Part shown: piece by piece, positions 57,408 through 64,000 of the stretch
Layout: each line of letters starts with the position of its first letter
Numbering within the stretch: position 1 is the first letter of the stretch
Virus record (IMG/VR): IMGVR_UViG_3300028800_000001
Location: 124,001-188,000 of that record
Length of the DNA stretch: 64,000 bases
Strand: one strand, 5' to 3'
Made by a program: the position numbers and the translations under genes
Notes under the pieces: model-generated
What the model saw: only the letters and a program-made list of their open reading frames with translations
The model's database searches: none
What the model was told of the DNA's origin: nothing

Positions 57408-58109
57408 CTAGTGACTATATAATGCTTGTAAAACGCCACCATCACGCGAACATGCCCCGCGCACTCCACCACTATGCGTATACACACCATTGGCGCATTC
57501 GGCAACATACCCGTTGGCGCTTGTCCAAAAAGAGCTCACGCAAGAAAAGTACTGTCCACAGAAATCGCCTGGAGGACTAAAAATGAGATTGCCTGAAGAA
57601 TCAAAATCATAGCCCCAAGGATTGCCATTCACACCCGTTATCGGTGTCGTAGGTATTGGAGCGGGTGTTGGCGATGGCGGCACAGGCGTCGGCACAAAGA
57701 GCGGCTGGATATTAAAACGCTTCTGTGCAGTTATATACCCAAAGCCCACATGTGAGTTCACTTGCACAAGCGCATAGCCACCGGTTTGACAAGGTGCGCC
57801 ACTATCCCACTGCCACGTATAGCGCCCCAAACTATTTGCATTATGATTGGGATAAACAGTACGGATCAAACCGGTACTACACCGGTAAAAGATTACCATT
57901 CCTGAGCGAGACCCAGGCACGCTGAGAATAGTAATGTGACTGGTTGCATTTGCATTCATCACCCCGCCAATAATGGCAATCGGTGGTTGGCTGGCATGTG
58001 TTCGCGTCAATTGGACGGTGAACGCTGCCAGAAAAAAGCTCACAACCAACACGGCTGCGAGCAATTTCACTTTCATAACAAGACTCCTTCGAAAATAGTT
58101 TCCACACAC
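57408..58109 (-). CDS. secreted protein with the same Cys-rich C-terminal domain
   Basis: signal peptide (ATG 58076), NPWGYDF..PPGDFC..C..YVAEC..SGG.RGACSRDGG..LYSH. Confidence 0.7.
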   Translation of the reverse strand: MCGNYFRRSLVMKVKLLAAVLVVSFFLAAFTVQLTRTHASQPPIAIIGGVMNANATSHITILSVPGSRSGMVIFYRCSTGLIRTVYPNHNANSLGRYTWQWDSGAPCQTGGYALVQVNSHVGFGYITAQKRFNIQPLFVPTPVPPSPTPAPIPTTPITGVNGNPWGYDFDSSGNLIFSPPGDFCGQYFSCVSSFWTSANGYVAECANGVYTHSGGVRGACSRDGGVLQALYSH

Positions 58110-58136
58110 ATAGACGAAGAAGCAGTATGAAAGTAG

Positions 58137-58493
58137 CTATCTCCCCTTTTTTGGCTCAAGGAGTAGCCAGGGCGATTCTTCACGGAACGTCAAACGGATT
58201 ACCCCATGAATTGTAACCCCTGGAATTGTGTTATATCTTGGCGAAAGCACCAATATGTCTCGCGCCCACTCACCATGCGGTTGAAAGTCTATCTTTCCAC
58301 AGGCCGCAGAAAGATGCTGCCGCAGTAAGCGTCCAAAGAGCGGCCAACACTTTTTCTTTGAAAGAAATTCTGTGTCCTTGCGCATTCGCTCAAATGCCTC
58401 CAAGATAGGCTGCATATCAAGATCGCTGCTAATTACGATATCAAAAGTTTCACCATCAGACAAACGTAATTGTATTGGTTGTTGTATCATCAT
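58137..58493 (-). CDS. hypothetical protein
   Basis: 118-aa ORF in operon orientation. Confidence 0.55.
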   Translation of the reverse strand: MMIQQPIQLRLSDGETFDIVISSDLDMQPILEAFERMRKDTEFLSKKKCWPLFGRLLRQHLSAACGKIDFQPHGEWARDILVLSPRYNTIPGVTIHGVIRLTFREESPWLLLEPKKGR

Positions 58494-58513
58494 TTACTCT
58501 TCTCTTTCTTATT

Positions 58514-59857
58514 TTAATCAAGCGCGCCGCTACGTGCCCACCGTTGCCAGCTTGCCTCTTTCTTACGCAGCGAAAGCCAGATGGATTGTATCAGCGCATA
58601 TATTTCTACAAACGTACACAGATAAAAAAGTAACCAGCCAATAGGAGCAAGAAGAAGATAACTCCCCTGCTCTCGACTTTCCCACCATTGAATCGCAAAC
58701 ATCAACGCAACGACAATGATCCCTGAGAAAAACGCTGACATATCCCCCGTCAGAAACGAGAAGATGTAGAGCACCAGAATAAAGATCGGCTCAAAGCCAA
58801 GTTGCACATCCCCAAAGATCGCAAGCGGAAGTACCAGCCACGTCAAAAGTTTATTATGCTGCGGTTTGAGCGAGAAGAAGAGCCTCCTGTGTTCCCAAAA
58901 AGTTTGAAACCTTCCACGCTTCCACCGAAGTCGTTGTTTCATCAGACCATAGAGCGTTGATGCCCCTTCTGTATAGACGATAGCATCAGGGCAATACACA
59001 ATGCGCATTCCTGCTTCCTGTATCCTGACTGAAAGCTCAATATCCTCAGTGATATTTTTGGTACTGTAGCCACCAAGCTGCTGAAAGACTTCTTTGCGAA
59101 ATGCGCCTGCTGCACCACCAATAATATAAATGGTATTAAGTAGGCTGTCGGCGCGTTTAAAGTAAAATGAAAGCAAAAACTCCAGCTCTTGCACCGTTCC
59201 AACAAGCGTCTTCGCATTGCCAATCTTCACATTGCCCACTGCTGCCATCACGGCAGGATTACGAAACGCGTTGACATACGCCTCAACTGCGTATTCGTGG
59301 ACATGACAATCCGCATCTATCGAAAGCAGAAGATCGCCTTTTGCCAACTTGAGTGCGGTATTGAGTGCGGCCCCTTTGCCACCATTTTCCTGATACCAGT
59401 ACACCAGTTTGATTGCTTCATGCACACCATCAAGCTCACGCTCGTACTTTTCAATGAAACGACGAATGAGTCGATCCGAGCCATCCGTTGAGCCGTCATT
59501 GACAATAATAATCTCCATATGTTTGTAGGTACTCTTGAGGAGGGATTTCACGGTATGCAAAATCCCTACCTCTTCATTCCAGGCCGGTATCAGTACCGAG
59601 ACATAAGGATGATATTGCTGGACAAAGTGATCAACAAGCACTTGCTCACGTTTTCCCATAACATGAAACCAGGGAGAGATAAACATGTATAGCGTGTACT
59701 TTGTCAGTAACACCGTTGCAAAGAATACAATGAGTGCACGCACAAGGATAAACCAGATCGATGTGATCGTATGTGCATGCAGCAGAAAGGACGACGCCGC
59801 AAGAAAGAGCGTCACGATATAGAGTGCTGTATAGACAGCGATTTTTGCACCACGCAT
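58514..59857 (-). CDS. processive GT2 polysaccharide synthase (PgaC/IcaA/chitin-synthase-like)
   Basis: IPAWNEE, NDGSTD, NGGKGAALN, DAD, GAAGAFR, TEDIELS, QRLRWKRG; N- and C-terminal TMs. Confidence 0.92.
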   Translation of the reverse strand: MRGAKIAVYTALYIVTLFLAASSFLLHAHTITSIWFILVRALIVFFATVLLTKYTLYMFISPWFHVMGKREQVLVDHFVQQYHPYVSVLIPAWNEEVGILHTVKSLLKSTYKHMEIIIVNDGSTDGSDRLIRRFIEKYERELDGVHEAIKLVYWYQENGGKGAALNTALKLAKGDLLLSIDADCHVHEYAVEAYVNAFRNPAVMAAVGNVKIGNAKTLVGTVQELEFLLSFYFKRADSLLNTIYIIGGAAGAFRKEVFQQLGGYSTKNITEDIELSVRIQEAGMRIVYCPDAIVYTEGASTLYGLMKQRLRWKRGRFQTFWEHRRLFFSLKPQHNKLLTWLVLPLAIFGDVQLGFEPIFILVLYIFSFLTGDMSAFFSGIIVVALMFAIQWWESREQGSYLLLAPIGWLLFYLCTFVEIYALIQSIWLSLRKKEASWQRWARSGALD

Positions 59858-60246
59858 TAGTCTTTTTTGAAAGTCTTTCGTAGCGCCACCAAGTATGCAG
59901 TCGTATCAGAAGACACTTCCTGCTTCTTTGGACGCATCGTAGAAAACAGTTCCACCGTTTGTTCTTTGGTCGTTTTATTGCGCGCAAGGGCAGAGGCAAA
60001 GTTACTCCAGAGAATAAAGAGTGCCACAAAGGCCACAATGCGATAAATCGGCCAGGGCGCAAGATAGAAGTAGACCAATGATCCTACCTCTCCTGCGGCC
60101 ACAAGGTACAGCGCCTCCAAGCCAATCACAAAGGCAAGATTGCGCTTTGGTACTTTCTTTGGTGGAGGTTCTTCAAGAACGGGTGGACTTTTCATCGGCT
60201 TCATCGGAAGCGTCAGCCTGGGCGGAATAATATAGCCACTATTCAT
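59857..60246 (-). CDS. small two-TM membrane protein
   Basis: two hydrophobic helices; coupled to GT2 by TAATG and overlaps the GH18 stop. Confidence 0.65.
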   Translation of the reverse strand: MNSGYIIPPRLTLPMKPMKSPPVLEEPPPKKVPKRNLAFVIGLEALYLVAAGEVGSLVYFYLAPWPIYRIVAFVALFILWSNFASALARNKTTKEQTVELFSTMRPKKQEVSSDTTAYLVALRKTFKKD

Positions 60247-61357
60247 TGAGCGCTCCGTTTGAAAACTTCGCCTGATACCAGGAGTCGAATTGCGGATAGA
60301 CGCTTCGAAAGTCCAACACCGTTTGTGGTACTTCTGCGACAGGCGCGGGTTGTGGCGAAAACCAGAGGTTGCCCCCTAAGTGCCAGACCGAGACATTGCT
60401 AATTCCTTCTTGCATTACAAGTTGCAATTTGGTATCGAGCGTCTGCATATCACTGTAGTCATAGGCAATACCATTACTTGTCCACATCATTTCCGCAGAA
60501 GACTCATCACGTTTGGCCGTTGCAAAACCAGGAAAACGTTCCGACTGCTCATAGGTATCTTTGCTCATCTGATAGCTATGTACCCGCCCATGATACCCAT
60601 AGCTCGGAATGCCAATCACGATTTTCTCTACTGGCAGTTTTGCTTTCATCCACAGACAGATGTTTTTGAGCCACGCAAGCGGTTGCACTGGTGTCCCTGC
60701 ACCATTATCATATTGATTATCGTAGGCCATCACCACCAGATAGTCCACCGGAAGGGTGGCAAAGTCTTCATAGCGCCACTGATAATAGCCCTGCTCTGTC
60801 TCATTGCTAATCGCTGGCCCATCAAGCATCAACGCAGCCCCGCTTTGATGCAGAGCGGCCCCAATCTCACCCATTACTATTTTATATGCCTGATAATATT
60901 CAGCAGACCAGGAACTAAAATCTTCAATATCAAATTCTACGCCTGTGAAACCTGTCGTTTGCAAAAAGTTGGTGAGCGTCGTAATGCAGGCGCTTGAGGC
61001 TGCGGTATCTTGCGCAAGCACCATAATTCCTGCAATCGTGCCAGAAATAGTCGCAAACTGTTGTGTGCTATGCGCCTTGAGTGTTGCGACATTTTGCGCA
61101 CTATAGCCATTGCACTCAGCATCCGTAATTTCAGAGAGTACCCCGTTGTCGTGAAGTGTGAAATATTCAGGTTTGACAACCTGAATGCTGCGTCCATCAG
61201 CAATTTCGGAAGGTGCGGCGCAAGCAGGTGGGCCAGGATAAATCCAGCCTCCTAGTGTGAGCGACGAAGTCATACGATGTTCTTCTCCTTGTACAAACAA
61301 TAAAATTCCAACAAAAATCAACATTAAAAAGAAAATTCGTTTTTTCATAGAGAACAC
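60239..61357 (-). CDS. secreted GH18 chitinase-like glycoside hydrolase
   Basis: signal peptide, GFTGVEFDIE (DxE), VMAYD, KIVIGIPSYG, SVWHLG. Confidence 0.85.
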   Translation of the reverse strand: MFSMKKRIFFLMLIFVGILLFVQGEEHRMTSSLTLGGWIYPGPPACAAPSEIADGRSIQVVKPEYFTLHDNGVLSEITDAECNGYSAQNVATLKAHSTQQFATISGTIAGIMVLAQDTAASSACITTLTNFLQTTGFTGVEFDIEDFSSWSAEYYQAYKIVMGEIGAALHQSGAALMLDGPAISNETEQGYYQWRYEDFATLPVDYLVVMAYDNQYDNGAGTPVQPLAWLKNICLWMKAKLPVEKIVIGIPSYGYHGRVHSYQMSKDTYEQSERFPGFATAKRDESSAEMMWTSNGIAYDYSDMQTLDTKLQLVMQEGISNVSVWHLGGNLWFSPQPAPVAEVPQTVLDFRSVYPQFDSWYQAKFSNGALNE

Positions 61358-61503
61358 AATGAGGCGAGTGCGCGACTGTCAGTGGTTCATACCCTCTCTA
61401 CGAAAGATACCAAAAAAAAGTGGCTTTGTCGAGAGAAAGTACTAATTGCTTTCATTTTCAGAAGCAATCAGTGTATGATGGGCGCAAAAAAAGAGGAGAG
61501 ACC

Positions 61504-61857
61504 ATGTCAAAGGAGACGCGACAAGCCTGCTATGATGCCCTTAATAGACTGGCGAAATGGCGCACTATTTTTACCGGCTGGCAAGTGGGGCACAAGACAA
61601 AAGATGATGCGGAGAGCGCGGCTATTCGTGACCACCGTGAAGTGACGATGTTACTACGAGTAGAACTGAATGCGATTACACGCTTATTGTTAAAGGAGAA
61701 GATTTTTAGTGAGGAGGATTTTCATGTAGCAATGACGAGCGAAGCCATTCTTTTAGATCAAGATTATGAGCGGCGCTTTCCTGGTATTCGCACCAGCAGC
61801 GCTGGACTCGAATTTGACCAACGCGCTAAAGAGACAATGAAAGATTGGTTACTTTAA
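61504..61857 (+). CDS. hypothetical protein
   Basis: GAGGAG RBS before MSKETRQ; 117 aa. Confidence 0.6.
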   Translation: MSKETRQACYDALNRLAKWRTIFTGWQVGHKTKDDAESAAIRDHREVTMLLRVELNAITRLLLKEKIFSEEDFHVAMTSEAILLDQDYERRFPGIRTSSAGLEFDQRAKETMKDWLL

Positions 61858-62360
61858 ACACGTAACGTCTTTTCTATCGTCTCCATCTCGCGACGAAACT
61901 GCCCACGAAGCACGCTATACGCCTTTTTTCTGCGTTCGCTAATTTCTCTGTAGGCAACTGGTTCGTTGAAGGGTGTACCACGCCCAAAGGCATTGAGCTG
62001 GTACACCAGTGTCTCATTGTAGGCACTCACCAATGGCGCGAGATCTAAAAAATAGAGAGGAATTACCGCATAGACTTTATACGCTTCGCCCGTGAGCTCT
62101 TTAATGCGCGTCTCAAGAGTCATTGCGGCTTTGTGCAGCACATCAAACTCCAGATCAAGCACAGCGCGGTTGAGGTGTTCTTCCTCCAGCGCGAGTGTCT
62201 CAATCTTTTGACGCTTTACCAACATGTCTTCACGTAAGTGATCACGACGCTTCTCTTTCCTGGTTGTTGTATGTAAGAACCAGCCAGAGAGAAATGACGA
62301 GAACACAGAAAAGCAGGAGCCAATAAAGACTCCTGCAAGGGTTGCCGTTGTACTATCCAT
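61854..62360 (-). CDS. N-terminal TM + helical hypothetical protein
   Basis: TLAGVFIGSCFSVFSSFL then a coiled region. Confidence 0.6.
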   Translation of the reverse strand: MDSTTATLAGVFIGSCFSVFSSFLSGWFLHTTTRKEKRRDHLREDMLVKRQKIETLALEEEHLNRAVLDLEFDVLHKAAMTLETRIKELTGEAYKVYAVIPLYFLDLAPLVSAYNETLVYQLNAFGRGTPFNEPVAYREISERRKKAYSVLRGQFRREMETIEKTLRV

Positions 62361-62381
62361 TGTTTCTTCCAGAAGTTTTAC

Positions 62382-62564
62382 TTATTTTACCACACCTAGT
62401 ACCCCAAGTATGATATTCGCTATGAATATCCCCAAAATGATACCACAAAAAAAACCTCCAAACGCTCTGCTGCGTATTCCTTCGGTTTTCGAAGGAGTAT
62501 AAAAGAGCCAAATCAAGACAATGAATACGGCCCCAATAGCCGAAGAAAGAATCATTCCAATCAT
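62382..62564 (-). CDS. small two-TM protein
   Basis: hydrophobic 60 aa; GGAG RBS. Confidence 0.55.
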   Translation of the reverse strand: MIGMILSSAIGAVFIVLIWLFYTPSKTEGIRSRAFGGFFCGIILGIFIANIILGVLGVVK

Positions 62565-62574
62565 GTATTTTCTC

Positions 62575-62793
62575 CTATGGAAGTGGGCACGTGGGAAACT
62601 GTGTGATCAAGATGATCGCATAGCGCGCCAATTCTGCCCCACAAATTGCAGAAACAATCCCCATCAAAAACACAAAGACACCAACGATGATCAAAGAGAT
62701 ATTGTGACGGTTTTCTCGTACAATCTCAAAGCCAGTGACCAGAAGAATAGCCGCGACAAAAAGAGACCACAGAATAGCCAGGAGTTGTAGCAT
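62575..62793 (-). CDS. small two-TM protein
   Basis: hydrophobic 72 aa; GAGG RBS. Confidence 0.55.
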   Translation of the reverse strand: MLQLLAILWSLFVAAILLVTGFEIVRENRHNISLIIVGVFVFLMGIVSAICGAELARYAIILITQFPTCPLP

Positions 62794-62814
62794 ATTTACC
62801 TCAATCCAACTTTT

Positions 62815-63027
62815 TTAATGTATCGATATCCATAAAAGAGCACTAAACACTGTCGTCGCCAGCCCCGCAATAAAACACACAACTGAAATGCCTTGCAATA
62901 CAGTCTCTTTGTCGGTTGCCGAGCGGTGAAAGAAACAACTGATAAAAAATCCAACGCCAAAAATCATGACGAAAACGCCAATAACAAGAAACGGAAGAAG
63001 CAGTAGCTTGAGAATTATGGGTAACAT
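62815..63027 (-). CDS. small two-TM protein
   Basis: GGAGG RBS before MLPIILK; the ORF track over-extends it to 63363. Confidence 0.6.
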   Translation of the reverse strand: MLPIILKLLLLPFLVIGVFVMIFGVGFFISCFFHRSATDKETVLQGISVVCFIAGLATTVFSALLWISIH

Positions 63028-63085
63028 GATGCCTCCTGAAGAAATAGAAGAGGCCAGCAAAAGCCGACCTGAAACAATAAAAACG

Positions 63086-63265
63086 TTAGTTGTTTTCTGC
63101 TTGTTCGCGTGCTTTGGCGGCTGCGCGCTGTACGCGGCGATACCCGAATACGAAAAGTGCACCGTAATCGCCAATGACGCGACAAGAAATGTTAAAAAGA
63201 ATTTGCTTCCGAGGAGAAAGCGTGTCGTACCACTCGCCAACGGTGGGAATGTTATCGTTTTCCAT
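63086..63265 (-). CDS. 59-aa hypothetical protein (below ORF-track cutoff)
   Basis: MENDNIPTVGEWYD...QAENN*, fills the operon gap. Confidence 0.45.
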   Translation of the reverse strand: MENDNIPTVGEWYDTLSPRKQILFNISCRVIGDYGALFVFGYRRVQRAAAKAREQAENN

Positions 63266-63283
63266 AAAAATGGACCTTTCTTC

Positions 63284-63523
63284 TTACGAGAAATGAAGAG
63301 GGGTTTTCGCCATCTCTTCCAATTCTCGTGCGTGCTGCCAGGAGAGCGTGATGCTGTGATCAATGTGGTTCAACTTGTCTTGCGACAATCTGCAACGCAG
63401 GCTCATATCCCATTTGCCGATCATAAAGCGGATACCTTCGCGGTTAGCAGCGTTGATATCTGATTTCACAAACCAATAGTAATACGCGTCCAGATGCTCT
63501 TGCACTTGTTCATTTGTTAACAT
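63284..63523 (-). CDS. hypothetical protein, first gene after the repeated promoter
   Basis: MLTNEQVQEHL; 79 aa. Confidence 0.55.
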   Translation of the reverse strand: MLTNEQVQEHLDAYYYWFVKSDINAANREGIRFMIGKWDMSLRCRLSQDKLNHIDHSITLSWQHARELEEMAKTPLHFS

Positions 63524-63549
63524 CACTTTTCTCGCTTTCTTTTTCTCTA

Positions 63550-63609
63550 TACAGGAAGTATAGGGCAGCATAGGAGAGAAGTCAAGACTATTTTCTCTGT
63601 ATTTTCAGA
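63550..63609 (-). promoter_or_regulatory. repeated strong promoter element, copy 3
   Basis: TCTGAAAATAC-N13-TTGACT-N17-TATACTTCCTGTA. Confidence 0.85.
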
Positions 63610-64000
63610 AACGATTACTTTTCTTTTTATTGCAGGGACCACACAGGGGTTGTAGATTGGAGAATTCGGTTTTACCGCCTTTACTCCAGGGGAAGATATG
63701 ATCAATTTCGAGTCCGACACCCGCGCCCTCGCCATCAGCACCACAGGCAGCGCAGCGATTATGATAATGCGCAAGCACCTGCAAACGTAGTGGCTCAGGG
63801 ATGCTACGCTTCTGTTCTTGCATACCAAAGAGGCGTCTATTCCAACGCTCCACGACCGCATGGATAAATGCATCAAGCAATTCTGGATCGTGGACAAGAA
63901 AGGTGCCGCCCTTTGCTTTCTTGGTAAAGATTTGTAGTTCACTTCCAAGGATACAGGTGGAAGCAAGGTTGCTCACTTCTATCGCAAAGCTATCCTTTGC
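63605..64000 (-). CDS. HNH endonuclease-domain protein (5' truncated by window edge)
   Basis: RSIP..LR..V......CAACG....LEIDHIFPWSKGG.T..SNLQPLC..CN..K; frame stays open to position 64000. Confidence 0.85.
   Translation of the reverse strand, partial: AKDSFAIEVSNLASTCILGSELQIFTKKAKGGTFLVHDPELLDAFIHAVVERWNRRLFGMQEQKRSIPEPLRLQVLAHYHNRCAACGADGEGAGVGLEIDHIFPWSKGGKTEFSNLQPLCGPCNKKKSNRF

Noticed and set aside
62966-63463. Plus-strand 165-aa ORF
   Set aside because: It is antisense to a contiguous minus-strand set of small genes with their own promoter and RBSs.

Overview
The whole window reads as one segment of a large tailed dsDNA phage or prophage. It looks like a siphovirus: tape measure and tail-tube genes are present and there is no sheath gene. 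Nearly all genes lie on the minus strand. The modules are: (i) recombination/replication (Hjc-like and RuvC resolvases, Cas4-like nuclease, RecA, DnaE, Dam, SSB, primase); (ii) tail genes, including a tail-assembly chaperone with a predicted -1 frameshift; (iii) HK97-type head and neck genes, where the major capsid gene is split by an 830-nt group I intron carrying a LAGLIDADG endonuclease; (iv) glycan-binding receptor proteins; and (v) accessory regions. The accessory regions hold two glycosyltransferase-plus-glycoside-hydrolase operons, an inverted Nudix / Ser-Thr kinase-TIR-like / metallophosphoesterase cassette inside the tail operon, a ParB-coiled-coil operon and many small membrane proteins. 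The style of the host-like genes suggests a Ktedonobacteria (Chloroflexota) host; this is inference from recalled family features, not a search. No terminase, portal, helicase, endolysin, integrase, tRNA or CRISPR array was seen. All protein calls come from motif recognition by eye; no database searches were run.
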